Origin: a bacterium
GTDB taxonomy: Bacteria; SZUA-182; DTGQ01
Assembly (NCBI GenBank): GCA_040752695.1
Contig: JBFMGO010000019.1
Location: forward strand, 1 to 64,000
DNA length: 64,000 nt
Direction of reading: 5' to 3'
Shown: positions 1 to 9,918 of the stretch, piece after piece
Numbering within the stretch: the first letter of the stretch is position 1
How the letters are laid out: each line of letters opens with the position of its first letter
Notes under the pieces: model-generated
Databases searched by the model: none
What the model saw: only the letters and a program-made list of their open reading frames with translations
What the model was told of the DNA's origin: nothing
Program-made: the position numbers and the translations under genes

Positions 1-812
1 GCAAGATTATGCCCTGATATCCATAAAGATGAATTAGACTATAGTTATCGATGATTGTAAGTATAGATCGGATTCTATCTCCACCTGGTGGATAAATCTC
101 TCACCATCCCTGCGAATCTTCTCATTGTACTAAACAGGCATACTGAGCAGGACAAGACATGTCTTCATTGTCAGTACGATCCTGGCTTAGTAGTAGGTAA
201 TTATGGTAATTAAGTGGCCGGTTGACGGTAACGCCATCAGGTCCGGTTACCAGTATTCTCGATGATCCACAAGAGTAAAAGGTATCGATTCAGCACCATG
301 ACCGGGCATGGGCCCCGTAGCAGGAATTATGATGTCAGGTTCCTGGAAAATTGTGAGTTAAGCGGCAGCTATCGTTGTTTGCTCATAAGGAGTAAAAAGT
401 ATGCCTTTGGGAGTACCCAATGCGGCAGCATGATAAATCTTTTTCTCTTTGCGAAATAAATTCTCTCCGGAGAAAAACAATCTTTCAAGAGCCATGTCGA
501 ACTGATGCTGGCATCGGTATTCTTGCCTGGAGACGCGCTCATGATCGGAATGCTGACCAAATTGCAGCCAGAGCCAGACAGTGCCTGGCACTCGCCTGTT
601 CCTCGCCTGGTGATAACCATACGAGCGTATCGCTCTTTTTTCTCTTCATCTGCATGGTCTTACTTATTGTCAGCAAAGGCTACTCGCTTTTACAGACACG
701 ATGCCCTTTACTCCCGCACCCTCCGCTCCGGTTGATAACAGACAGGGGGCCACCCTCTGTTTACTCGATGTAAGTGCCTCTCCAGCATGGACATATAACA
801 TTCATTACTCAC

Positions 813-882
813 AGTACCTATCCGAAAAGTGGGCTCGGCACATACCGTGATGCGGCCTTCCAGGATTTTTCGGACAGGCTCT
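813..882. mobile_element. Possible MITE/IS remnant bounded by imperfect terminal inverted repeats
   Basis: agtacctatccgaaaa (813-828) vs reverse complement of ttttcggacaggctct (867-882) = agagcctgtccgaaaa, 13/16 identical; no transposase. Confidence 0.3.
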
Positions 883-1249
883 CAATCAACTGCCACCACC
901 AGATGGGGAGGGGAGCATGTTATTGCTCTTTGAAGGGCCGTTGAGCGGTCAGGCTTTTTTTCTTCCATTATAGTGTTAACATATTGAGTCTATAAGTTTA
1001 ACTCAACAGACACCTTACAAATTGGCTGTGCTGTTATGAAAGCCTTATAGGCCGCTTTCCCCAATAGTCATTGTTAAAACATATTAATTCTGGGGGCACC
1101 TGATGAATGCACCGGTAGGACCTTTTTATAGTATCACTACTTTATATTATCACTACCAGATGTAGTGCCGCTAAATGAATTCCACGTAACGATAATCATG
1201 AATTATGGGGGGAAAAATCTTTAGTCATATCGGGTCAAGGGGAGGATTT

Positions 1250-2647
1250 ATGTTCAGGTATTTAGAAAGACATTTTTCTAGAATATGGCTATTAGTATTT
1301 TCGATTGACTTCCTTATCTTACTGACCATTGTAGTTATGGCATTAAGGACAATGACGACCGATTTAAGAAATACTGACTTCAGGTTCATCCAGGTGAGCT
1401 TTGCGTATTTAGCAGCTTTTATGCTTCTGAGTCTCGTAATGCTTTTTATTAATGAGCTTTACACCATAGAGAAAAAATATCATCCATGGTTGTTAACATT
1501 TAAGTGTATCATTTCGTTTACCTTTGCCTCTCTTTGCTGTTATTTTCTGTTCTACAGGGCCATTTCTCATAGAGCCTTGTTTCACTTTACCTGTATGCTC
1601 ACACTCATTGCCTGTGTATCAATTTTATGCTGGAGATTTATTTCCTACCGGATTCTTCCCCGGATTAACATACAGCAAAGAGTTTTATTTTGGGGAGCCG
1701 ATGATCTGAACAAGGGAGTGGTAAAGGAGATACTCGCCGATGCTCATCCCAAGTTTAAGGTTGTCGGCTTTGTGGATAACAATCCCGCACTGACAGGGAA
1801 TCTTATTATGGACCGCAAAGTTCTGGGGCGGGTGGAGGATCTTGATTCCATAATTAAAACAGAAAAAGTAGAGAAACTCATAACGCCGTGTTCGCAGGCC
1901 AGAGGTGATTTTCCTGCTCAAAATTTAATCGATCTTAAGTTTAGAGGTATTGAAGTACTGGATATCCATACTTTTTATGAGCGTTTAAAAGGCAAGATCC
2001 TCTTGAATGGCTTGCGACCAAGTTGGCTGATATATTCCCAGGGATTTAAGAAAACCAGACTGACGAAGTTCCATAAAAGAGCTTTTGACATTTTAACATC
2101 GAGCTTTGGCTTAATAGTGACCCTGCCGGTTTCAATTATCACGGCTTTACTTATTAAATTGGAATCAAAAGGCCCGGTCATTTACCGGCAACAGAGAGTC
2201 GGTGAAAACGGCCGCATCTTTAATTTATTCAAATTCAGATCGATGAAAGCGGATGCGGAACATGGCACCGGACCGGTATGGGCGAGGAAAAACGATCATC
2301 GTATTACCCGTGTCGGGAAATTTATCAGGAAAGTGCGCATTGATGAAATACCGCAAATGGTTAATGTTCTTCGGGGAGATATGAGTTTTGTTGGCCCCAG
2401 GCCCGAGCGCCCCTATTTTGTAGAGATGTTGACTGCAAAAATTCCCTATTATAACCAGAGACATTCTATCAAACCTGGTATCACGGGGTGGGCAGCAGTG
2501 AACTACGACTATGGAGCCACGGTCGAAGACGCTGTCGAAAAACTGCAATACGACCTCTATTATATCAAGAACTGCTCTCTATCTCTCGATGTGATTGTTA
2601 TCCTGAAGACTATTGCTACTGTCTTTGGCAGGAAAGGTTCCAGGTGA
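1250..2647 (+). CDS. Priming sugar transferase (polyprenyl glycosylphosphotransferase), XrtA/PEP-CTERM EPS type
   Basis: N-terminal TM helices, CoA-binding-like middle domain, C-terminal KRAFD, FKFRSM, RIDEIPQ, GDMSFVGPRPERP, KPGITGWA motifs; GGAGG RBS before ATG 1250 (ORF track starts 1205). Confidence 0.92.
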   Translation: MFRYLERHFSRIWLLVFSIDFLILLTIVVMALRTMTTDLRNTDFRFIQVSFAYLAAFMLLSLVMLFINELYTIEKKYHPWLLTFKCIISFTFASLCCYFLFYRAISHRALFHFTCMLTLIACVSILCWRFISYRILPRINIQQRVLFWGADDLNKGVVKEILADAHPKFKVVGFVDNNPALTGNLIMDRKVLGRVEDLDSIIKTEKVEKLITPCSQARGDFPAQNLIDLKFRGIEVLDIHTFYERLKGKILLNGLRPSWLIYSQGFKKTRLTKFHKRAFDILTSSFGLIVTLPVSIITALLIKLESKGPVIYRQQRVGENGRIFNLFKFRSMKADAEHGTGPVWARKNDHRITRVGKFIRKVRIDEIPQMVNVLRGDMSFVGPRPERPYFVEMLTAKIPYYNQRHSIKPGITGWAAVNYDYGATVEDAVEKLQYDLYYIKNCSLSLDVIVILKTIATVFGRKGSR

Positions 2648-2864
2648 GTTTTGCCCTTACGTTCTGAAACCATACAAGACATCGTGACCACAACCGCGTG
2701 CCATGACGAGGATCTTTTTGCTTATGGAAAAGTACTTCATAATTGTGAAAAAAAATTCATAGAACAAGGGTTGAGAAATAGGTTATCATTATTCTTTTTT
2801 ATTATATGTTAAATATTAATCTTCATAATTTTAATAAACAAAACTCTAATTTTGAGATATCGAA

Positions 2865-2880
2865 TGGCCTATTACTTGCA
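2865..2880 (+). promoter_or_regulatory. Sigma54 (-24/-12) promoter upstream of the wza-like gene
   Basis: TGGCCTATTACTTGCA = GG-N10-GC with TGGC and TTGCA ends, in an AT-rich intergenic region about 105 bp before the ORF. Confidence 0.65.
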
Positions 2881-2985
2881 TACTTTTTTGTTATTATTTA
2901 TACATTATTATGAGCTCATAAATGGGTTTAAAATCAGTAAAAGCAGAGCCTTATCGAAACCTCACAAAAACTTTTCTCCCTGTTT

Positions 2986-3873
2986 ATGAAGAACCGCAGT
3001 GATAGAAAAAGCCCAAGGAAAAGGTCAATGAAAGGAAGGTCAGGCTTTAAAGCGATATTATTCTTACTTGCTGCTGTAGTATTTTTATCAATGGCAGACA
3101 GGGGAAACCTGCAGGCACAAAATGATGATTACAAGATCGGAGCTGAGGATGTCCTCTCTATCTCCATATGGGAAAACAAGCAATTAGACCGTGTGGTTAC
3201 GGTAAGACCCGATGGGAAGATATCCTACCCCTTACTGGACGATATCATGGTGGAGGGATTAACTGCTCTCGAGGTCAAGGAGGTAATTACAAAGGGACTT
3301 ACCCGCTACGTAAGCAAGCCCGAAGTAACGGTAACGATACAGAGTATCGGTAGTTACAAGGTCTATGTATTGGGTGCAGTGAATTCTGCCGGTGCGCTGA
3401 CTCTGAAAAGGAAAACCAATTTACTGCAACTGCTTGCCATGGTAGGGGGTGGAAACCTGGCAGAAAATGCCGACCTCGAAAAGGCTTACCTGTTGCGAAA
3501 CGATCATCGCCTCGGTGTGGATTTTTCCAAATTGATAGAAGAGGGTGATACAGCCCAAAATGTTGAGCTTCTCCCGGATGATGTTATTTATATACCGGAT
3601 AGTTTTTCCAGGAGAATTACCGTAATTGGAGAAGTAACAAGCCCCAAGACAATAACCTTTAAAAATGGCATTACTGCTCTTGATGCAGTGCTTATGGCAG
3701 GAGGGCCTACTGAAGAGGCATACTTGAACGGCACGACGATTATCAGCAGGAGAACGGACGGGGAAAAAACCCTTAAGGTCAAATTATATGATGTCATGAA
3801 AAAGGGTAAGCTGGACAAGAATATGAAACTTGAACCAGGTGATATGATTATTGTTCCTGCCGGCGTTTTTTAA
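2986..3873 (+). CDS. Polysaccharide export protein (Wza/Poly_export + SLBB domains)
   Basis: Signal peptide; YKIGAEDVLSISIW, VRPDGKISYPLL, VYVLGAV, VIGEV...P, LEPGDMIIVP. Confidence 0.92.
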   Translation: MKNRSDRKSPRKRSMKGRSGFKAILFLLAAVVFLSMADRGNLQAQNDDYKIGAEDVLSISIWENKQLDRVVTVRPDGKISYPLLDDIMVEGLTALEVKEVITKGLTRYVSKPEVTVTIQSIGSYKVYVLGAVNSAGALTLKRKTNLLQLLAMVGGGNLAENADLEKAYLLRNDHRLGVDFSKLIEEGDTAQNVELLPDDVIYIPDSFSRRITVIGEVTSPKTITFKNGITALDAVLMAGGPTEEAYLNGTTIISRRTDGEKTLKVKLYDVMKKGKLDKNMKLEPGDMIIVPAGVF

Positions 3874-3906
3874 CATTGGATTGTTACCGGATTTCCACGA
3901 ATCAGA

Positions 3907-5331
3907 ATGGGAAGAAAAACAAAGTTTAAAATTCTTTCACTACTGTATCTATTTTTTCAAATCCAGCCGCTTTACTCAGCACTGCATCAAGCCGAAGCTG
4001 GAGGAATCGGAAAATATCAGTGTTCGGCCAGTATCACGGTGGAAAGAGCCTATGATGATAACGTTCTGTTAACGCACAATAAGCGGGAAGGCAGCTATAT
4101 ATCCATGATCAGCCCTTCACTGTCCCTGACGAAGACAGGGAAAAAGATAGATATGAGCCTTCACTATGATGCGTACCTGACATTGTATGACAGGTATTCT
4201 CATCAGGATCAACGCAATCACACCGGGACCTTCAGCATTGGAATAAAGCCGGTGAATGCCGTAAGCATGGGGATCAGGGGGCAGGATACCTATAGTTCTA
4301 CGAAAAGAGATGAAAGGAAGCCTTCACTGGCTGATAATACCATCAAGTTCAACGACTTTTCCATTACTCCCTATATTGAACAAAAATTAAGTCAAGATCT
4401 TGGGATTACACTCAGTTATACCTTTACAGAGAAGAAATATCAACAAAAGGAAGATAAAGACCTCGAAGACAGCACAACGTATCGTGGTGCGGCAAACATC
4501 CAATGGAAATTGAGCGGCTGCTTTTCGCTTGACGGAGGCTATACCTATACTTTCAACGACTTTATGCGCACGACGCCAGATGAGTCGGAGCAGGAGACCG
4601 GCGTGGGGTTTACCTTGAACAGAGAATCGAAAATAAGAGTGAGGGGGAAATATGGCTACGTATGGAAAGAGGACGATGCGGGGCAAAGGAACAATCGTCC
4701 AACAATGAGCTCAACGGTAGACCTTTATCCGTGGAGGGGCACTACGGTTGTTGCAGCCTATGCAGAGTCATCCACGTACTCTTCCTCGCATGATGCCAAA
4801 AATGACTCTTTCATTTCTCATGATGCCTCACTTATTATCAGGCACGATCTATTGAGCCGGAAAATTACGGTCCAGTATGGTGGAACCTATAATCTGTCGG
4901 ATTACGATTCAGTGGACAGAGTGGATAAATCCTATCAGGGAACAGTTCACATAGGCTGGGAGATGTTCACGCCGCTCGTACTTTTCCTGGACGGAAGCTG
5001 CGGCAAATCCTGGTATACCCACGACTTGACGCAGAGAAAAGATACGTCCTGCGGCGGCGGGGGTGGTTTGGAGTTAAGAATATCCAGATCCACGACGTTC
5101 ACTTTACATGGCAATTATACAAAAACGTACTATCAACCCGATAGCCATCAGGTTGAGCTTTATGATGGAAATGTTAAATTGGCGTACCATATCAACAAAA
5201 GAATCCTCTTCGAAGCCGGATACCGGTACCTGGAAAGTGGGTCAAACGATCGGGAGAGGCAGAATTATGAAGAAGATAAAAATACCTACCTGAGTAAGAG
5301 ATGGATCGCCGGTTTGAGGGCTGCTTTTTAG
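3907..5331 (+). CDS. Outer-membrane beta-barrel protein of EPS locus
   Basis: Signal peptide, YDDNV motif, alternating aromatic beta strands, C-terminal Phe; between wza and chain-length gene. Confidence 0.8.
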   Translation: MGRKTKFKILSLLYLFFQIQPLYSALHQAEAGGIGKYQCSASITVERAYDDNVLLTHNKREGSYISMISPSLSLTKTGKKIDMSLHYDAYLTLYDRYSHQDQRNHTGTFSIGIKPVNAVSMGIRGQDTYSSTKRDERKPSLADNTIKFNDFSITPYIEQKLSQDLGITLSYTFTEKKYQQKEDKDLEDSTTYRGAANIQWKLSGCFSLDGGYTYTFNDFMRTTPDESEQETGVGFTLNRESKIRVRGKYGYVWKEDDAGQRNNRPTMSSTVDLYPWRGTTVVAAYAESSTYSSSHDAKNDSFISHDASLIIRHDLLSRKITVQYGGTYNLSDYDSVDRVDKSYQGTVHIGWEMFTPLVLFLDGSCGKSWYTHDLTQRKDTSCGGGGGLELRISRSTTFTLHGNYTKTYYQPDSHQVELYDGNVKLAYHINKRILFEAGYRYLESGSNDRERQNYEEDKNTYLSKRWIAGLRAAF

Positions 5332-5385
5332 AGGGAAAAGAGAAAGGAAATACTCCTCATAAGAGAAGGAAACACTACTCAAGAC

Positions 5386-6957
5386 ATGCAAGAATCATTC
5401 GATAAAGACATTTTCAAACTTATAATAATTCGGTATTTGAACATAATATCATGCAGAAGATACTTATTTTTCAGTATCTTTGCGTCCATTACCATTATCA
5501 GTGTGGTTTACAGCTATACCATAAAAAAGAAGTATACATCTTCTGAGACCATACTGGTCGAGAAAGAAAAAATAATCAATCCTCTTATGCAGGGTTTGGC
5601 CGTAGCTCCAAGCCCTGCTGAGAGGCTCAATACGATCAAGCAGGTTATTTTAAGCAGAAGCAGGCTGCTTCAGGTTATAAAGAAGCTGGATCTTGATTTA
5701 CATATCAAGACACCTTTGGAACTGGAAAAATTAATTGAGGATATGAGAAAAGCTATCAGGATAACGCTGACCGGCAAGAACCTGTACCTTATTTCCTTTG
5801 AGGGAGATAGCCCGGAAATAGCAAAAAATGTGACCAGTACCATTTGCGATCTCTTTATAGAGGAAAACCTGGGAGAGACGAGAGGTGCGGCCCATGAAGC
5901 ATTTACTTTCATAGAGAATCAATTAAATATTTACAAACGCAAGCTGGAAGATTCAGAAACTGCCCTGCGGCTGTTTAAGGAGGAAAACCTGGGGCAATTG
6001 CCAGGGGAGGAAAATGTCAACCTGAACAAGTTGGCACACTATCAGGATTTATTATCCGGGGCCGAAAGCGAATTGAAAGAGGCACAGTTGCAAAAGTCTC
6101 TGTTGACGAAACAACTTTCGGGTGAGAGTCCCCTCATCCTGACGTTCAGCTCCAGCAGTAATAATTCCCTGGAGGCTCAACTGACGCAATTGAATGCCCA
6201 ATTAAATTCCCTCTTGACCAGATATACTGAAAATTATCCCGATGTCGTGAATCTTAAGGAGCAGATAGAGCACGTAAAGCAAAGGATCTCGGAATCGGCA
6301 GAAAGCGCGGATAAAACAGAATATGGCAAAACCGTCGAAGAATCGACAACGCAAGCCCTGAATCCAATTTATCAAAAGCTGAGGGAAGATTTAGGCCAAA
6401 CGAACATCAAAATCGATTTGCTCAATTCGCGCATAGCTGAATATAAGGAGAAAATAGAGCTCTATAGCAATAAGGTCAAAAGTATTCCATTGCAGGAACA
6501 GGAGTTGGTCCGGTTGAAAAGAGGGTATGATGTTAATTCATCAATCTATAAGACCCTGCTGAATAAACTGGAAGAAGCCAGAATTTCCAGAGAACTTGAG
6601 GTTCATGAGAAAAGTGATAATTTTCAAATTATTGACCCGGCTCAATTACCGATAGTACCAAGTAAGCCGAACAGGCCTCTCACGATACTTATGGGGGGGA
6701 TTCTTGGTTTACTTGCAGCGTGCGCTGCTATTTACTTTCTCCAGTATCTGGACAACTCTATTATCGATCAATATGATGCCAGGGATTATTTTAAATACCC
6801 TGTCCTGGCCAGCATACCTCTTGTAACCAGCCCTGAGGACACGAAAAGAGAAAGGAGGAATAATTTCCTGTTCTTTTCAATAGCTGGAGTATTCAGTATT
6901 TCAATCCTGATCCTGGTTATAAAGGAATTGGTGGGTACCTATATCTTAATAAAATAA
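5386..6957 (+). CDS. Polysaccharide chain-length determinant (Wzz/GumC, XrtA type)
   Basis: Two TM segments flanking long coiled coil; YTENYPDV, FQIIDPAQLPIVPSKPNR, YPVLASIP. Confidence 0.9.
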   Translation: MQESFDKDIFKLIIIRYLNIISCRRYLFFSIFASITIISVVYSYTIKKKYTSSETILVEKEKIINPLMQGLAVAPSPAERLNTIKQVILSRSRLLQVIKKLDLDLHIKTPLELEKLIEDMRKAIRITLTGKNLYLISFEGDSPEIAKNVTSTICDLFIEENLGETRGAAHEAFTFIENQLNIYKRKLEDSETALRLFKEENLGQLPGEENVNLNKLAHYQDLLSGAESELKEAQLQKSLLTKQLSGESPLILTFSSSSNNSLEAQLTQLNAQLNSLLTRYTENYPDVVNLKEQIEHVKQRISESAESADKTEYGKTVEESTTQALNPIYQKLREDLGQTNIKIDLLNSRIAEYKEKIELYSNKVKSIPLQEQELVRLKRGYDVNSSIYKTLLNKLEEARISRELEVHEKSDNFQIIDPAQLPIVPSKPNRPLTILMGGILGLLAACAAIYFLQYLDNSIIDQYDARDYFKYPVLASIPLVTSPEDTKRERRNNFLFFSIAGVFSISILILVIKELVGTYILIK

Positions 6958-7075
6958 CCAAATAGTAATAAGATAACCAGGGCATATGCCTAAGACAACC
7001 AGGGCGAATGGAACCCGGTGACCGGCTGCAAGGGCGAGTTATTCACAAACATTCTACATAATTTTTAAAGAGAAA

Positions 7076-8020
7076 ATGGATTTTATGAAAAAGATGTTGG
7101 GAAAAGTATATAAAGGAAGGCGTAACGGGGGAGAGTTAGAAAATGTTATTCAGATTGAGGAATTAGCTCACAAAGATACGGCATTAAAAAGACGGGGTTT
7201 GTCCTTCTGGCGGGACCGGAAAAAGAAAAAAAATCCGGATAACCATAATCTGAACAACCATAATCTGGATAATGATAACCTTGATAACGATAACCTTTAC
7301 AATGGAAATCTTATTAACGGTAACCATAACAACCATAACTTGAGTAACCTTCTCGTTACATTGTGGGAACCATACTCTATGGCATCAGAACAATACCGGG
7401 AATTGAGAACACGAATGCTTGATGCATCCCAAAGGGATGGGAAAAGAGTCTTCCTTATATCCAGCGCGTTGAGTGGTGAAGGCAAGACTCTGGTTGCGAT
7501 CAACCTGGCCATATCACTGGCCAGCGGGCTTCATGAGACGGCACTCCTGATAGATGCCGATCTCAGGAATCCGAACGTATCCCGTGTGCTCGGTCTTGAA
7601 AAAGAGAGAGAAGGATTGGCGGAATATTTAACCTATGGTGCAAATCTGGCGGATTTTATAACGAAAACTTCAATCCATAAACTAAACGTAATAACCTCCG
7701 GCCAGCCGCCGGAAAACCCTTCCGAGCTGATAAGCTCAGTGTACATGTCTGATCTGATCAAGGAGGTAAAACATCGCTATGATAACCGCTTTATCATTAT
7801 CGATGCTCCCCCTCTCCTCCCGGTAACTGATTCGGTTGTTCTCTCATCCCTGGTAGATAGTGTCATCATTGTTGTTAAAGCATTATCTACGCAAAGAGAA
7901 ATGGTGAGTAATGCTATCGATAAGATAGAAAAAAAGGAGAAGATCCTCGGATTGGTCGTTAATTGCTGTAAAGGCAAAACGCCTTATCCTTATTATAATG
8001 ACCAAAAGGATAAATCCTGA
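7076..8020 (+). CDS. CpsD/CapB-family tyrosine autokinase
   Basis: SEQYRELRT, Walker A SALSGEGKT, LLIDADLRNP, IIIDAPP, C-terminal PYPYY. Confidence 0.92.
   Translation: MDFMKKMLGKVYKGRRNGGELENVIQIEELAHKDTALKRRGLSFWRDRKKKKNPDNHNLNNHNLDNDNLDNDNLYNGNLINGNHNNHNLSNLLVTLWEPYSMASEQYRELRTRMLDASQRDGKRVFLISSALSGEGKTLVAINLAISLASGLHETALLIDADLRNPNVSRVLGLEKEREGLAEYLTYGANLADFITKTSIHKLNVITSGQPPENPSELISSVYMSDLIKEVKHRYDNRFIIIDAPPLLPVTDSVVLSSLVDSVIIVVKALSTQREMVSNAIDKIEKKEKILGLVVNCCKGKTPYPYYNDQKDKS
7237..7345 (+). repeat. Degenerate 15-bp coding tandem repeat giving Asn-rich (D/N)NxNL pentapeptides
   Basis: DNHNL-NNHNL-DNDNL-DNDNL-YNGNL-INGNH-NNHNL in the kinase N-terminal region. Confidence 0.8.
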
Positions 8021-8192
8021 CTTGAGCAGCCCTCGTCAGATCTCTTTTAAGCACTTCAAACAGGCAGTATCAAAAAAATAAAATGGCCAAAAGGAAAGAT
8101 TCGTTAAAATACAACGAAGCCTCATGGCCTTCCCCCTCTCCTGTCCCCCCTGGACTCTTCACCCAGGGGGGACGGACGAAAAAACAGAGGCA

Positions 8193-8732
8193 TTATTCTT
8201 TCGTGGGTCGCTCCGGCGGCGGGGGGAGTTGCATCGTGCTCTCAAATGTCAAATCAGGGAGCATATAGCGGTGAATTACCCTGGCCTGCATAACGTAAAG
8301 ATACTGGCTATCGGTGCAGATCCCTGCCAGCCCGGGTGCCGGAGGGAGCGGTCTTTGGCCAAGAGGTTCCAGTCCCGCATCAAGGTCCGCTCCGTTGCTT
8401 CCCGAATCAGTTGGGTCGGCTGGAGGTTCAGGTGGCGGGGGCAACTCCACCGAGCGCACAAGCGTTTGATCGGCGAGTGTATACTGATGAATTATTTTAC
8501 CATCCATAACATAAAGATATTGCCCATCGGTACAGATTCCTGACGGGACAGGTCTGGGTCCGCGTGGCGGTCCTTGATGCTGTAATCCTGCGCCAGGATA
8601 ATAGGGACATGGTTGAGAAAACCTGGTGGGATTCAGTTGAGGAACCGTGGATCGTTGAGCAAAGGCTCCTGTTACACTCAATACGAAAACGAATAAAAGA
8701 GATATAATGGTTATTCTATAATAGGGTTTCAT
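8193..8732 (-). CDS. Secreted Pro-rich hypothetical protein with two internal repeats
   Basis: Signal peptide ending GAFA; repeats GICTDGQYLYVM...IHQY...ELPPPPEPP and GICTDSQYLYVM...IHRY...QLPPPPERP; AAGGAG RBS. Confidence 0.75.
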   Translation of the reverse strand: MKPYYRITIISLLFVFVLSVTGAFAQRSTVPQLNPTRFSQPCPYYPGAGLQHQGPPRGPRPVPSGICTDGQYLYVMDGKIIHQYTLADQTLVRSVELPPPPEPPADPTDSGSNGADLDAGLEPLGQRPLPPAPGLAGICTDSQYLYVMQARVIHRYMLPDLTFESTMQLPPPPERPTKE

Positions 8733-8753
8733 CTGTTTTTCTCCTTAATCAAT

Positions 8754-8788
8754 GTATTAAGTATTAAGTATTAAGTATTAAGTATTAA
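8754..8788. repeat. Perfect 7-bp tandem repeat (GTATTAA)x5
   Basis: Read directly; just upstream of the RBS of the 8732 gene. Confidence 0.9.
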
Positions 8789-8989
8789 ACGGACACTCTA
8801 TTCTCTTTCGTGTGTCCATACCTTTTCCTGCTGTTATCATTTAGTTTCCCTATGTTTTCACCTCCCTTCTATGACCATTTTTACCTGTCCTGCCCATGAT
8901 TGAGGCCCCGGTTTTTTTGTGGCATGCCAATTGTCTGTTCATTAAAAATATACCAGCCAATTGTGGAGAAAATATGGAGCAAGTATGTG

Positions 8990-9170
8990 AAGAATATGGA
9001 GAAAAAAGAAAAAGACAAGAAGGCAGACCGGGAAAGAAAATAAGGAGAAAATAGAAGAAAGAACAAAAGAAAGGGAGAAAGAGAGATAGGGAGAAAAAAA
9101 GAAGAAAGGAAAAAAGGAAGAAAGGAAGACAAGGGAGGTGAGGAAAATAAGGAATGAAAAACCCAAAAAG
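8990..9170 (+). repeat. Purine-rich (A/G) low-complexity tract
   Basis: About 180 nt almost entirely A and G, immediately downstream of the response regulator. Confidence 0.7.
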
Positions 9171-9173
9171 GTA

Positions 9174-9872
9174 TTAGTCACTCCCCAAATTCTTGGCATT
9201 TAATTTGTAGCCAACCCCATATACCGAGCTGATGACGTCTTTATTCGGCAGCAGGATCGCTATTTTTTTTCGTAAATTTTTTACATGAGTGTCAACAGTG
9301 CGGTCATATCCGTCAAACTCATACCCTTGCACCAGATTCAATAATTCACTTCGCGGGAAAACGCGGTTTGGATGAGTCAGCATTACCTTTAACAATCCAA
9401 ACTCACTTGGAGTCAGTTCTAAGGCCTGATCATGGATGGTTACCTGGCGTGTGTCTTCATTGAGCTCCAAAGCGCCGGCGGTAAGCTTTTTTTCTTCCTG
9501 TTTTGGGTGCATCCTTCGCAGCACTGCCTTGACGCGAGCCACTACCTCTCTGGGGCTGAAAGGTTTACCGATGTAGTCATCCGCCCCTAACTCCAGGCCG
9601 ACTATCCGGTCGATTTCCTCCTGACGCGCTGTAACCATAATGATGAAGACGTTTGAAAATTTCCTGACTTCCCGGCACACTTCCATGCCGTCCATGCCCG
9701 GCAGCATGATATCCAAAAGGATAAGATCCGGCATGCTCTTTTTGATGAATGGGATAACCTGTTCCCCTCTATCCAGGACAGATACAGAGTACCCGGCTTT
9801 TTCCAAATAATCCTTCAAAAGCTGGGCAATCTTCCCTTCATCTTCGACAACGAGAATATGGTGCCTGGTCAT
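9174..9872 (-). CDS. OmpR-family response regulator (BaeR-like)
   Basis: ILVVEDE, LILLDIMLPG, GADDYIGKPFSPRE, LTPSEF, DRTVDTHVKNLRKK, VYGVGYK. Confidence 0.95.
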   Translation of the reverse strand: MTRHHILVVEDEGKIAQLLKDYLEKAGYSVSVLDRGEQVIPFIKKSMPDLILLDIMLPGMDGMEVCREVRKFSNVFIIMVTARQEEIDRIVGLELGADDYIGKPFSPREVVARVKAVLRRMHPKQEEKKLTAGALELNEDTRQVTIHDQALELTPSEFGLLKVMLTHPNRVFPRSELLNLVQGYEFDGYDRTVDTHVKNLRKKIAILLPNKDVISSVYGVGYKLNAKNLGSD

Positions 9873-9918
9873 TTTTTCAATCCTGCGCCGGTCTGGCCAT
9901 TTTTCAATCCTGCGCCGA

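Noticed and set aside
262..773. Overlapping short ORFs at the window start
   Set aside because: No family motifs or clear RBS; cannot choose a frame
8881..9199. Phe/Ser/Leu-rich minus-strand ORFs
   Set aside because: By-product of the purine-rich low-complexity tract
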